In this document: piece by piece, positions 36,235 through 52,037 of the stretch
Layout of the letters: each line of letters starts with the position of its first letter
How positions within the stretch are numbered: the first letter of the stretch is position 1
Source of the DNA: Tubiluchus corallicola
Taxonomy: Eukaryota > Animalia > Priapulida
DNA length: 64,000 bases
Direction of reading: 5' to 3'
NCBI GenBank assembly: GCA_030141605.1
Contig: JAQGDQ010000801.1
Coordinates: 1 to 64,000 of the forward strand
Program-made: the position numbers and the translations under genes
The notes under the pieces: generated by a model
The model's database searches: none
What the model saw: the letters and a program-made list of their open reading frames with translations, nothing else
What the model was told of the DNA's origin: nothing

Positions 36235-36956
36235 TACGTATGGGCATATGCAAAGAGCATTGACCATTCGTACTAGATGCAAGTTCAGAAAATAGATTTC
36301 TTATAGGCCTGCTGAATTTGCTATTATCTGCTGACGCGCGTTAAATTGCGGGTAAACAACTACCTTGTAAAGAATTCCACATACAAGAGGCCCGAAGAAA
36401 ACAAAAGAAGCAGTAAAGTAACAAAAGGAATGCTAATACGAGAACGTGTGGGTCTAGAAATCACTAATGATTAGATCCTGAGATTGTCTTCGATTGAAGT
36501 AGCAATAGACAGAGGTAGGAAGAGATTTTCAATAAGTAAGAGCTGTTCTCATGCACGGAAAGAAGAAGAAACAGAAAGAGAAAGAAAAAGTTTGGCACTT
36601 ACAACATGTTATTTCTAGGCCTACATAGATTGATTCAGAAGTTCTTATTCATCTTCAATGCAGATTTATTTCTACAAAATTGTGGTTACAGACGACTGTA
36701 AGCGTGATATCATTGCGTGTTTGAGTTGTGACCATTTCCCTTTCAATGGGGTGTATACTCTAGCAACCACCATTAATTGTTAGTATAGTATTCGTGGTAT
36801 TTGTGCACTATTATGACTAGATAATAAAGGATAATATGGCACGCTATGACAACATTTAATAACAAAACCTGTTTGCATTGAATACAGTAATTTGGTTCAC
36901 TACCCTAGTATTCTTGAAAAGCCTGCCAGCCGTCTCCACGCTTCACACATAATAAT

Positions 36957-37235
36957 ATTGAAATGTGAAGTATTGTTGGCAGGTGCATCTGTGTGTCCTG
37001 GGTTCCAGTTTACAACGCAGCACAGTGGGCACACTTCCTTCTGAAATGTGGCACGAATGCTTGTAAATAAACGTCGTCTTGATTCTGAGATTGAAATCTG
37101 ATTCTAATATTGAAATGTGAAGTATCGTTGGCAGGTGCAACTGTGTGTCCTGGGTCCTAGTTTACAACCACAGCACAGTGGGCACACTTCCTTCTGAAAT
37201 GTGGCAGGAATGCGGGTAAATAAACTTCGTCTTGA
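36957..37235. repeat. ~150-bp local tandem duplication
   Basis: aatattgaaatgtgaagtat...cgtcttga is repeated. Confidence 0.85.
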
Positions 37236-37603
37236 ATTGCCTGATTCTGGAATTGATGCCTTTCACTGATCTGATACTCTAGAACGTGGAGAGTGAGACT
37301 AATGGACCATTTGGACGCTACTACTCATGCTCGAAGAACAGTGTGTTCCAGCCTTTAGGCCTGTAGGATAAATTATTAGTTGTCTGACTTTTAAGCCCTA
37401 TGTTTTAACCCAGCCACGAAGCTTACTAGCTTAACCCTTATAGGGTCATCGGGGGAGGGGGGTGAGGAGGGAGTAAAAAATTACCCTCAGAATGTTAAGC
37501 TTTGAATTGTGCGGCAATTAGCAAAACGTATACGTCATAGCTATGATTTAACTATGCAAGCAAAACTTATAAAAGTTATATCGTATTTCTTAATGATGCT
37601 TAA

Positions 37604-38203
37604 CCCTTATAGGGTCACCGGGGGTAAAAAGTACCCCCAGACCGGTTTTATGCATTTTACCCTTTTACTATACGCATCCCAGTAAAACTTTTCTATGACT
37701 TTTTCTAAATATGTTTTGTGCACAAAATACTTTCAGTTATTTATTTTAGGCGCATTGTCTCACCACGAAATAAATGTGAAAATGCAGTATGTCGATTTTT
37801 TAAAATTGTCGAAACTTTACTTCGCTTGTCTATACATTATACGTAAGATGTATCTGATAAAACAAAATGTCAGTTACTCAAATTACTCCACATAAAACAA
37901 GAAAGTAGTAGACAATAAATTCAAAATAACAATGATTTTTGCACACGCGCTGCAATGTCGGTTGTCTACAGTTATTCCAGCATAGATAAGGGAACGTAAC
38001 TAAGTGGATTTAAATTTCGTATTACTAGAAAGTCACATGTCTTTAAGCAGAGGTATAATGTATCCTATGGTGGTCAGCATAACCACAAATTATGCTGTTG
38101 CTGTTTACTAATGAAACACGGCGGTTTATCAAAAGTAATTTACGAATTATGGTGGGGGTAATTTTTTGCCCCCCGGTTATAAAAAATCGTGACCCTACAA
38201 GGG
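37604..38203. mobile_element. piggyBac-type MITE, 600 bp, intact ends
   Basis: TTAA-CCCTTATAGGGTCAC ... GTGACCCTACAAGGG-TTAA. An extra orphan left end sits at 37431-37490. Confidence 0.9.
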
Positions 38204-39005
38204 TTAAGTTTCTGTTTTATTTGGTAAAGAAATGCTTAAATCTTGTGGGCCTACAGTTACTAGGAATGGACTAACCTTAACCCTGCATATACTCATCACA
38301 TATACGTACTCATTCTATATGCTTTAAAAGCAATTGCTTATGCATATCCTTTGCCGTTCTAACAATGCCTATGTAGACCAAAGCACTTCATTTACTTAAC
38401 GACTCCCTTTTTTACCTTAACCCCAAATAGAAGCAGTCAGCAAACACCGGGAAGGTCAATACAGTCCTCATCTTTTGGGCATTTATTTCAGCATTATTTA
38501 CATGTTTTATACAGCGTTGCTGCAGACACAAGCCCAGCATGCAAAAAGGCAGTACGTAAGTGATGTATAGAATTTCAAGACGAATTTTTAAGCTTTATGT
38601 AAGTGGAGGGTTTTCTTGTGCTTTAAGAATAATGAACTCTGAAAAAATCAATACTTAATGCTACTGTACCATTAATACAGTTGTGGCAGCTTAAAATTAT
38701 AAAAATTCACCAGAAGATGCCACTGAAGATTAAACATAATTATTTTCTTATGATTAGGGATTATATTTCTAGTAATCCTGCCCGGATTTTAAACTTAACC
38801 TTGGAAGAGACGAAACACCCGAGACACCCAAACTTTCCCAGATCATTACGATTTTATTGACGATTTATTGGCCTCTTCAAATGTGTTATCTCTCAAAGTG
38901 TTTGCAAATTAAACCTGTTTTGTGTTTGCTGACCTTTTTGAAGCAACAAGAATGCGTGCACTCCTTAAGTTATCCTGTTAATTATTACATAAAACCAATG
39001 ATATG

Positions 39006-39626
<621 letters not shown>

Positions 39627-40070
39627 ATGATATGATATGATTGGGAGTGGTATAAAAATAACCTTAATTTATTAAAAAGTCTTACATACACATACACAAA
39701 ACTTAAAAAATTCGTTGTGAAATTATATACCACTTACAAATGCCTTTTTGTATACAGGACTTGTGTCGGCCGTAACGCTGTATAAAACGTGTAAATTTAA
39801 ACTCCTTCGATGACCGTTAGGCGCAGCCATTTTGATGGTAGGTCATTTGAAACAAGTTTAGATAACATTAAGTAAAGTTTGAAAAAATAATCAGAGCATT
39901 CGTAGCATACGCGTTGCTAATTAAGTAAAATTTTAAATTACTGTGTCTTGTCAATAAGATGAAAAATGTTTTTGGTTAGTGAGTGGTGCACCCTGGAGGG
40001 TGAGTTTAGTAATTAAAGTGCAATAAACACCTTGTATAATTAGTAAAATCACTTTAAAATCGCGATCACT

Positions 40071-40369
<299 letters not shown>

Positions 40370-40822
40370 TAGACAACTTTTCTGAAACCTACTTCAGGAA
40401 CCCCTTTTCTTATCTTCCTTTACGAATGTATCTGAATTTTCTTCACAATCAAGTGCCTTGCTACTTCCACTGGGTTTACATAATTATCTAAAGCGGTTTA
40501 AGGATTAAATTGTGGAATGCAGCAGAGCTGATGGTATCTCTTCTTCCGAGCAGCTTGGCCACCTCTGGATCTCTGCCATGATATGTAAACTTTCTCTCAA
40601 TTCTACCGGTTGTTTACCTCGCCTGCCTTTCTGTCGCAAATCCTCCCCCTTTCAAAGACTCGTTTCTTTGAGTTGTTAGTAATTATCATGTTCACAGGTT
40701 CGAGGTGTCAGTTTTCTTTCTTCTGGTGGAATGAGGACGATAATCTCATGTGAGATAAGAACTTTACTAACAGAAAAAATATTCATCAGTTCCTTATCAT
40801 ATGTACACTACCTGACACCTAA

Positions 40823-41598
<776 letters not shown>

Positions 41599-41634
41599 GT
41601 TAAAATTATTACTAATTAAGGTACAAGTAAATGT

Positions 41635-41922
41635 AGGTAAAAATGGCACAGGTAAAAATGGCACAGGTAAAAATGGCACAGGTAAAAATGGCACAGGTAA
41701 AAATGGCACAGGTAAAAATGGTAAATGAAAGAATGGCAGTGTAGAAATTGCACAGCTAAAAGTGGCACGGTGAAAATGGCACAGGAAAACTTGCACAAAA
41801 TGGAAAACTAGGAAAAATAGCACACTTATGAAATATAAGTACAGGATTAAGGCTACTGTAATATGTTTAGTACGTCTGTGCCATTTTTCCTGTGCCATTT
41901 TTACGTGTGTCATTTTTACATG
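41635..41922. mobile_element. MITE-like element with 15-bp subterminal tandem repeats in inverted orientation at its two ends
   Basis: (aggtaaaaatggcac)n on the left; (gtgccattttt..) repeats on the right. Confidence 0.6.
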
Positions 41923-42149
41923 TGAGATTTTTATTGTGGTACAAACGCACAGTTAGTTCAACTTTGATATCAAACGTGAAAGATTGGAAACACGAAAGAT
42001 TTTGATGCAGCACGAATTTGAACCATGAACCTTCTGCATACTGTACACTCAAAGTGACTTCTGTTTTCACTGCAATACAAAACATTGAATCAAACAGTAG
42101 CTGTGATACATATAAGATTTAAATCGAAAAAGAAAAATTATATAAAATA

Positions 42150-42600
42150 ATCTTTATTTGCCATTAAAATACTTTGATAATCATTGATAAGAACTTTACA
42201 GAGATGATCAATCAGTGTTAGTTAATAAAAACTAACACTGCTAAAGGCAAATGCGTCAGTGCAATCTAAACTACTGTGCAGTAATGGAAAGTAACGACGA
42301 ATAAAATCAAGCGTATTTACAACTATGTACAAAAAATGAAAAAAAAACTATGATTTAATTAATATGGCCGTGGATATATAAATTCTGAATTAGTGTGTAT
42401 GTTGTCGTACTGGTGTGATGGTATTTCATATCTGGTTAATATTAATGATTTTAATTTTGTTTTAAATGCTGATAGGGACTTGATTTGTTTAACCTGTAAT
42501 GGTAGAGAATTTCAAAGTAGAATTGCTTGTTTGATTACAGAGTTCGTTCCATAGTGGGTATTTGTCCTAATTTGTTTTAGATTTCTTGTTCTGGAATACT
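42150..42600 (-). mobile_element. CR1/L2-group LINE 3' fragment, same family as 16405-16816
   Basis: Near-identical sequence. This copy extends slightly further 5' (YSRTRNLKQIRTNTHYGTN). Confidence 0.8.
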
Positions 42601-43185
42601 CCCGCATTCCGTTCGCCTACAAAAAATTCCTAACCGGTTGTGTATCAGTACGATCCATTTATTAATCGAATGCAGTGGCTGATATACGATCATTAAATTC
42701 TTTTATGGCGTCTTGGCTCAGCTCACTAAACTGGTTTAACTCTTTCTTCATTGCCCTATCTAAATTCACAATGTATCGTTCATCGCGTTACAAACGCAAG
42801 CACCATTTCGTTCTTTGTTGCTTCTCATAACCACCCCCTGGGGCGCTGCAGTATGAGGTACCGATTTGGGGTCAAAGTAAAATAGGGCGTGCTTAGGTAT
42901 CATAAAACCACTCGGATCTTGTTAGAATTTTACATTTCTACATTGAAATATAAACTCGATCAGCCGCTACGTTTGGCTATTGTGTCAGATTTCTGTGTTA
43001 CACGTCGTTAAATGTGTAAACTGGTCGTGCTGGTCTTTAGTTGTGATTAGTTAGTATGTGAACAATGTCCTAAACTAAGTAGCTGTTTGAATTTGAAAGT
43101 TTGTCTCTTCGTTTATTGTACCTTTCAGTATTATATGACTAGTATTATAAACTTCAATGATTAATGAATGTGAATTGATTAAGAA

Positions 43186-43700
43186 TTTCTATTTCTTTCT
43201 CTGTATTTCTCTCGCTCTTTCTCTCTCTCTCTCTCTCTTTCTCTCTGTCTCCTCCCTTCCTCCTCCTCTCTTTCTTTCTCTCTCTCCCTCTCTCTCTCTT
43301 TCTCTCTCTCCCCCCCTCTCTCTCTATCTCCTCCCTTCCTCCTCCTCTCTTTCTCAATCTCCCTCTCACTTTTTTCTCTTTCTTTTTCTCTCTGTCGCTC
43401 TCCTCTCTTTCTCTCTCTCTCTCTTTCTCTCTCCCTCTCTTTTCTTTCTCCTCTCTTTAAACTCTCTGTGTCTTCCTCCCTCCATCTCTCTGTCTTTCCT
43501 CCCTCTCTTTCTCACTCTCTGTTTCTTGTTTCTCTCTCTCTGTGTGTGTATGTGTCTGTCTGTCTTTCCTCCCTCTCTTTCTCACTCTCTGTTTTTTTTT
43601 TCTATCTCACTCTCCTCCTCTTTCTGTCTCTCTCTCTCCCTCCTCTCTTTCTCACTCTCTCTTTCTTTCACTCATTCTCTCTCTCTCCCTCTATCTCTCT
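43186..43700. repeat. CT-rich polypyrimidine low-complexity tract
   Basis: Direct inspection. Confidence 0.92.
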
Positions 43701-44499
43701 GGAATTACAAAAATCGTAATGCAGATCTGAAATTTTGTTGAAACCTTCCAACAATATAAGCGAGAGAGAACAATGAACAATGAACCTCGTACCAGGAAAC
43801 ACAATGCCTTGTACAGTTTTGCACCAATAATTAACATTACTTCATAATATAATGAACAGAAAAAATTCATACGCCCCTAAGAACGTTGGCAATTAGACTC
43901 ACATAGCATTCGTTTTGACATGCTCAAAAGCACACTTTAATCGGATTTTAGGAACCATACCCCCTCCCCCCAATAACGTGAGTTTTGAACTTTAACCAGC
44001 CACGACAAACTTCCTTTGTGGTATATTTAACCCAACCCATCTTCGATAATTATTCCATAACACAACACAAAATTTATTTTAATAAAACCATGCTCGATAA
44101 ATTTTTCTAGTTTACTTCCTAGATTAGCAATTAATTCACGTTTTCCATTGAACAGACTATAAGGGAAGTAATATTTTCATAGGAATTACAATGCAGACGT
44201 AATGCACCAACGCGAAAGGTAATTGTCATAAATCTTAGTAAAAAATTTGCTGCTATTCTCATCTTATTCACAGCTCTTTGTCGTGCAAGCAGCACTTTCC
44301 AATTTCCTTTATCAAGTGATTTGATTTTATTGCATGAAGGGAGTAATTACATGAGGGTTAAGACTTGGGTGCACCTGTCTGTGTGACTAGTGAATGAAAG
44401 AGGAAAGTGTTTTGTACTCGATCTTAGACGTGTAAATGTATTGACGTACGTACATTTGTTGTTTGTGAATTGTCAGTAAGAAATCGTCATGCAGGAATG

Positions 44500-44672
44500 A
44501 TAGTGTAGTAGTGATAGTACTAGTAGTAGTAGTGGTAATGGTAGTAATAGTAGTAGTAGTGGTAGTGGTAGTAATAGTAGTAGTAGTGGTAATGGTAGTG
44601 GTAGTAGTAGCAGTAGTAGTAGTAGTAGCAGTAGTAGTAGTAGAGGTAGTAGTGGTAGTGGTAGTGGTAGTG

Positions 44673-44730
<58 letters not shown>

Positions 44731-44753
44731 TAGTGGTAGTGGTAGTGGTAGTG

Positions 44754-44808
<55 letters not shown>

Positions 44809-44852
44809 CAGTAGTAGTAGTAGAGGTAGTAGTGGTAGTGGTAGTGGTAGTG

Positions 44853-44901
<49 letters not shown>

Positions 44902-44924
44902 TAGTGGTAGTGGTAGTGGTAGTG

Positions 44925-44973
<49 letters not shown>

Positions 44974-45147
44974 AAGCAGCAGCAGCAGCAACAACAACAG
45001 CAGTAATAGTAGTAGTAGCAGCTGCAGTAGCATCATCATCATCATCAGTAGCAGCTGCAGTAGCATCATCATCATCATCATCATCAGTAGCAGCTGCAGT
45101 AGCATCATCATCATCATCATCATCATCATCAGTAGCAGCTGCAGCAT
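44500..45147. repeat. Compound (AGT/GGT)n + (AGC)n + (ATC)n microsatellite
   Basis: Direct inspection. Confidence 0.96.
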
Positions 45148-45576
45148 CCTACGGTTTTCATACGGAGCATTTAGATGAATTTAAAAATAAACGACGTTGT
45201 TAAAACGGTGCAAAATAAAACCAAATCTGTACCTGCAGTCTCTGAATTTTATGAATTACTGCCAACCTCAGTCCGCAAAATTAGATATATCATCATCGTC
45301 GTCGTCGTCATCATCATCATTATAATGTGCCAGACAGTTAATCAGAGAGTCAGTACGTTTATAACTGTTTATCTTAGGATATTGCTGTTGTTGTTGTTGT
45401 TGTTGTTGCTGCTGCTGCTGTTGTTGTTGTTGTTGCTGTTGTCACTGTCGTTGTTGCTGTCGATCTTGCACTCGTTCTTATTGTTGTTGTTGTTTTTGCT
45501 ATTGTTGGCTACTTGTTGTCCAGCATCTTTGCTGGATCGCCTAAATGATCAGACACTTCTTTGACAAAAAGTGCTG

Positions 45577-45592
45577 CCGGAAGTCACGTGAC
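45577..45592. promoter_or_regulatory. Overlapping ETS (CCGGAAGT) and USF/MiT-TFE E-box (GTCACGTGAC) composite motif
   Basis: Exact matches to both consensus motifs; function not shown. Confidence 0.3.
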
Positions 45593-45996
45593 AACTGTGA
45601 AAGTTCATCACTTCCGTTAATGCCCCAACAATGCGCAAAATCAAGGAGGGAGGAGAAACAGAATAATTAGCCTCTTGGCGTGGGTTAGACGCGTATCAGT
45701 CTGGGTGTCTAAACTATTGACACCCACTGCATTGTAAACAGCTGTATTCCTCTTGGTCAATGATCTTAGAGATGAGAATGGAAGACAATGGGAGTCAAGC
45801 ATTTTTGGTGTTTAAAGAGAGGGTGTTGTGTAAATTTCCTCCTCGTGAAAGTAACCGGAAATACCCGCTGCTTGTATAAAAATTTCATTTTCAACATTTT
45901 TACCAGCGCTGCAAGGCGTATTGGCTTAACGTTCCATGGATATTTTTGGCAAATCATAATCAATACATAATTAATTAATCAAACTATTCAAATATA

Positions 45997-46290
45997 CTTA
46001 AGTGATTTTTTTCAAACCAAATGAATTTAAGTTATTTTTCAAGTCACAAATGAACCTAAGTGACTTTTTTGTGTCACAAATGGACGTAAGTGACTGTTTT
46101 CAAGTCACAAATGAACCTAAGTGACTTTTCCAAGTCACAAATGGACTTAAGTGACTTTTTCAAGTTGCAAATGGACCTAAGTGACTTTTTCAAGTCACAA
46201 ATAAACTTTACTGATTTTTTTAAGTCACAATTTGAATGAATTTAAGTGATTTTTTTCAAAACACAAATAAACTAAAGCGATTTTTTTCAG
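45997..46290. repeat. ~30-bp minisatellite with an internal inverted aagtcac...gtgactt
   Basis: Direct periodicity. Confidence 0.85.
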
Positions 46291-47122
46291 ATCACTATGA
46301 TACTCTCGGTTTTGCTACTACAAAAACGTCTTCACAAAGTGCTAGTCAATGTCAACAGTCAATGAATTAATTAACATCACCTTAATGTCGAAAATATTAT
46401 TAATGATGCCACAAACCAACAATTAACAAACATTGATGCCAAACTTGAAAATCAGGAAATATGAAAAAATTGTAATGCAGCCTGGAATTGAACCAGGAGC
46501 CAAATGTTCAGGTTTTATATGAATCAAAGTTAAGCAAAGCAAGCTAATCTAATTTCTTAGGATCACTGTTGTGTGTGGGATCTAACACGTTATAAATGAT
46601 GAACTTTGCACGACCCAAACCATTGCGGAATGCAGTAGCTAGGTGGTCTAAAATTTCTACAATATATAAGCTGAAGACGCATGGTTCGAATCCAGGCTAC
46701 GCTGTCCAAACTTGTGGCCAATTTTGGTCTGTTTAGCTTTGGTATTCACAAAACTCATTAGACAAATCAAAGGTCAACTCAAGGTGACCAGACTGAACTC
46801 AAATCAGGTCGTTGTAGCTGTTCTTTTTTCATTTTAGATGCATTATATTAGCTGCATTCCTAGACCACATTTTTTCGAGTAATTGCGTCTGTGTTATTGT
46901 AGCTAATATCATCACAAGTGCACATAACTACAGCCACTCACAAACACGAATAATCTATCTCTGTCACTGTTAAATATTTATTAATGACGAATATTTCAAA
47001 ACTAACACTTGTCATGGGCCTCATTGGAATGACAATTGTTATATGATTGTAGTAATACCAGACAGGAAAATGTATTTTATATAAATGGTGTCATTCAGTG
47101 ACTTTCTGTTTATTTTAGGATC

Positions 47123-47150
47123 TTGCTGTTGTTGATGATGATGATGATCG

Positions 47151-47209
<59 letters not shown>

Positions 47210-47308
47210 GCTGTAGCTATTATTGTTGCTGTTTTGTTGTTGTTTTTGTTGTTGTCATTGTTGTTTTTGTTGTCGTTGTTGTAGTTGCTGTTGTTGTTGT
47301 CATCGTCG

Positions 47309-47350
<42 letters not shown>

Positions 47351-47369
47351 GTTGTTGTCACTGTTGTTT

Positions 47370-47421
<52 letters not shown>

Positions 47422-47880
47422 GTTGTTGTTGTTGTTGTTGTTGTTGCTGCTGCTGCTGTTGTTGTTGTTGTTGTCGTTGTTTTTGCTGCTGTTTCTGTTA
47501 TTGTTGTTGTTATTATTGTTGTTGTCGTTGTCGTTGTTGTTTGTTGCTGTTCTTGCTATTGTTGTTGTTGCTGCTGCTACTGCTGTTATTTTTTTGTTGT
47601 CATTGTTTTCGTTGTTGTCGTTGTTTTTGCTTCTGCTGCTGTTGCTGTTAATGTTGTTGTTATTGTTGCTACTGTTCGCTATTTGTTGCCCAGTACCTCT
47701 GCTGCTTGCCGCGGTACAATTTCATACAACTCAATGAACTACACGTATTTTACAACATAAATAGTAAATTAGAAATGCTGTTGTCGTTGTCATTGTCGCT
47801 GTCGTTGTTACTGTCGTTGTTGCTGTTGTTACTACTGTTGGTGTTTCCTTGTTGGTTTTGTTGTCCACTCGTTGCTGTCC
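47123..47880. repeat. (TTG)n-rich compound microsatellite
   Basis: Direct inspection. Confidence 0.93.
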
Positions 47881-48142
47881 AGTATGTCTGCAACACAATT
47901 TCATACAATTCTATGAACTATTCGTATTTTATAACACAGGAAGTGAATTAGAAATGCTCTATAGCTTAAAATTGCTGTCCATAAATATCAGCTGAACTTT
48001 GTCAGACTTTACAAGCATTTAAAGCATGAATAACTCGTAGACTTAAGCGAAATAAGCGTGAATATTTTGCTTTATGGTCACCATTATTATCGAGTAATGA
48101 TATTAGTGCAATGAAAATGGTATAAATGAGAGCAGTTTTAGC

Positions 48143-48440
48143 TTAAAACAAAACCGGAGCCAATCTGTATGTATAACGCCTGCATTTCGGAAACGCGTTG
48201 CATAAAAACAGACGCTGTACCTGCCGGTTCAGATGTGTTAGTTTGTGACGAACTACACGTGTTTGACAGCTCATGCCTGAGCATACCGGTAAATTTGAAG
48301 TTTGAATTTTTATCTTAAAACTTGCCTAGTTTTAGTACAACACACTGAATATCTTACAGCAGCACTGTACTTCAATTTTCGCTTCCGCAAACACGTGCAA
48401 CACGCTCGTGGAATGTTTTTGATGTTGAAAAGTTATTAGG
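48143..48440 (+). mobile_element. Kolobok-type element, copy D (internally deleted and truncated)
   Basis: Left end ttaaaacaaaaccggagccaa plus the internal segment shared with the other copies. Confidence 0.8.
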
Positions 48441-48470
48441 AAACTTATGAAACTTGGAGGGTTGATATCT

Positions 48471-49049
48471 GGGATAGTGGCTGACACAGTTATGATATGG
48501 CAAGGAATTATGGGATAGTGGCTCACACAGTTATGATATGGCAAGGAATGATGGGATAGTGGCTCACTCAGTTATGACATGGCAAGGAATGATGGGATAG
48601 TGGCTCACACAGTTATGATATGGCTAGGAATGATGGGTTAGTGGCTCAGACAGTTATGATATGGCTAGGAATGATGGGATAGTGGCTCACACAGTTGTGA
48701 TATGGCTAGGAATGATGGGATAGCGGCTCACACAGTTATGATATGGCTAGGAATGATGGGATAGTGGCTCATACAGTTATGACATGGCTAGGAATGATGG
48801 GATAGTGGCTCACACAGTTATGATATGGCTAGGAATGATGGGATAGTGGCTCACACAGTTATGATATGCCTAAGAATGATGAGATAGTGGCTCACACAGT
48901 TATGATATGGCTAGGAATGATTGAATAGTGGCTCACACAGTTATGATATGGCTAGGAATGATGGGATAGTGGCCCACACAGTTATGATATGGCTAGGAAT
49001 GATGGGGTAGTGACTCACACAGTTATGACATGGCTAGGAATGATGGGAT
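48471..49049. repeat. 41-bp minisatellite, about 14 copies
   Basis: Unit gggatagtggctcacacagttatgatatggctaggaatgat. Confidence 0.95.
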
Positions 49050-50286
49050 TGTTGAAAGAAGTCGAGTCGAAATGGTAAATTTATGGCAAGCTGTTCAATC
49101 ATACATGAGTAGACCGCACTGGACCAGTCACAATCAAGAGATAATTAGTCGCAAGCACTGTGCACGCTGATAAGCCACACATTAGTGCAGTAATCTACAG
49201 TTTTTGACATGAGTAAACGACACTGGACCAGGCATAGTCAAGTGCATTATAATTAGCCACAAGTACCGAGTACGCTAATCATCCAGACATGAACTGAATA
49301 ATCTACAGTTTTTTGACGTGCACAGTCACGTGACATACATGGCCATGCTCGCGGATTTGGATCTGAATTTATTCATTCTTGAGCCAATTGGCAGGGACTT
49401 CTACTATGAAATCGTTTTCTACGGCATTCCTGCTTATGCATTTTGTACATTTTGCAAAAATGTACGTATTTTTCGGGGCACCCAATACATCGGTTATAGA
49501 CAGTACTCGTGTGTGAAAAACCTAGAACTTCAGCACGTAAAATGGCTGTCCCACAATGCAGCATAATGTCCATTATTTTCACAATTTTTCTCTTAATCTA
49601 TACAACAGCTATGCCTCCATTGTCAAAGCTTATCTCCTGCACTTCAATGGCAATGTGCTCGATTTAAAAAATGGTTCACGGTTTTGTAAAACTGCAGCTC
49701 AATTGAGCTGTGATTATTGTTATTCTCTGCGCTATGGTTACCGACAGCTGTATCACCTGTTGTGGAACTGATTAGGCAGGTAGGTACAGTTGTACGCTCA
49801 ATTACACCTACCTTACTCGGTACCTGGATTGAAAAGCGTCTATGGTTTTTACCTGTTATCAGCGTCATCGAAAAACTGATAGTTACTGTTGTTCTGAAGA
49901 CGGAAATAACGTAGCCCAGTTCACGCGCAGGGTAGCTTAACCTAATGGCTCGTTCATACTGGCAAGTTTTCTGACACGCGTTTTCTTTCTGACAGCAAAC
50001 TCGCAAGTGTAAACTGCTTTGCGAGCTGCTGCTGGGGAGTTATTGAAAACTCTTAGACAGTTTCTGCGAGTTACTGTCTAGTGTGAACGCCTGGCGAAGT
50101 TACTCTCCACTCTTCTTTTAGTGAATAGAGGAGAAGGGAATGTCGGAGAGTAACTCGGGTTGTTGTCTACTGTGAACACCTCGGTCAGTTACTTTCGATA
50201 CTTCTTTCAGTGAATAGAGAAGGGAGAGTCAACTCGCGCTTACTGTCCTGTTTTTCCCTTCACATGTCTCTTCTTTTTCTTTCTAA

Positions 50287-51088
50287 GGGGCCCTTTTCTT
50301 ACTAAGAAAGATAAATTAACTAAATTATCTCTTGTAACTCTTGTAACTTCCATTGTAACTCTTTACATAACCTAAGAAAAACTTCCCATTACATCATCTG
50401 AGAAACATTTACTGTTTACATAACCTAAGAAAGACCTCCCTTTGAGTAAGCTAAGAAACGCACTTTACATAAGCTAAGAAACACTTACCCTTTACATAAC
50501 CTAAGAAAGAGTTTTCCCTTTAAGTAAGTTAAGAAACACCCTTTACATGAGCTAAGAAAGACCTCCCTTTGAGTAAGCTAAGAAACGCACTTTACATGAG
50601 CTAAGAAAGACCTCCCTTTAAGTAAGTTAAGAAACACCCTTTACATAAGCTAAGTAACACTTACCCTTTACATAACCTAAGAAAGACTTCGCTTTGAGTT
50701 AGCTAAGAAACGCACTTTACATAAGCTAAGAAACACTTACCCTTTACATAACCTAAGAAAGAGTTTTCCCTTTAAGTGAGTTAAGAAACACCCTTTACAT
50801 AACCTAAGAAAGACCTCCCTTTGAGTAAGCTAAGAAACGCACTTTACATAAGCTAAGAAACACTTACCCTTTACATAACCTAAGAAAGACTTCCCTTTAA
50901 GTAAGTTAAGAAACACTTACCCTTTACATAACCTAAGAAAGACCTCTTTACGTAAGCTAAGAAACACCCTTTACATAAGCTAAGAAACACTTACCCTTCA
51001 CGTAATCTTACCACTTACATAACCTAGGGAACACTAATCTAAGCTTACCTTACCTAACACTAAAACACTAACCCAAGAAAACTGGGCC
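50287..51088. mobile_element. MITE-like element filled with a 24-28 bp satellite (ctttacataa(c/g)ctaagaaa)
   Basis: Imperfect inverted ends ggcccttttctt / aagaaaactgggcc enclose the tandem array at 50362-51030. Confidence 0.55.
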
Positions 51089-51651
51089 TACGTATAACCT
51101 GAATGGAGCATCACCGATTTCAACGCCGCCTATGTCTGAACGCCTTCTTCTGTCCAGATGCGCTCTTGTTTTTCCATAAGATAGAAGCGTCTAACAAAAC
51201 CTGTCTTTCAGTGCAGTAACAGGTTGCTTTTTTACAGCATATTTTGCACATGTCAGCATTGTACAGGAGCAAGCATATGATAATTACTACATCCAAATAT
51301 GACATAATAATGGGCAGATGGCAGTTTATTGGACGGACAATGAGTGAAACATAATCTGTAGTCATGGATGCGTAGGTTCACTTGTTAATGATTTATCAAT
51401 GTCTGATAAAAATGCCACTAAATCATAATAAACGCAGTTTTTCTCTTATTATCACTGACCATTATCTTTTGTGTAGAACAGATGTAGTTAGCGTCAGCGT
51501 CAGCGTCAGCATCAGCTATAATAGTTGCTCTAAATTGAACATTCATTAGATTGTGTTCACAATTGAAACTGCCTTTTGTAGTTCTCACGTGCCAGAGTCT
51601 ATAAGATTGTAACAGACAGTTGTGTAAGTTTCCCCAACGTTTAAGCATTTT

Positions 51652-52037
51652 ACCGAATTTTACTTATACCGAGTATTACTTATACCGAATTTTACTTATA
51701 CCGAATATCACTTATACCGAATTTTACTTATACCGAATATTAATTATACCGAATACCACTTATACCGAATATTAGTTATATCGAATTTTACTTATACCGA
51801 ATATCACTTATACCGAATATCACTTATACCGAATATTAGTTATATCGAATATTACTTATACCGAACATCACTTATGCCGATATTACTTATACCGAATTTT
51901 ACTTATACGAATATTACTTATACCGAATATCACTTATACCGAATATCACTTATACCGAATATCACTTATACCGAATATCACTTATGTCGAATATCACTTA
52001 TATCGAATATCACTTATACCGAATATTAACTATACCA
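51652..52037. repeat. 16-bp minisatellite (taccgaatatcactta), about 24 copies
   Basis: Direct periodicity. Confidence 0.95.
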
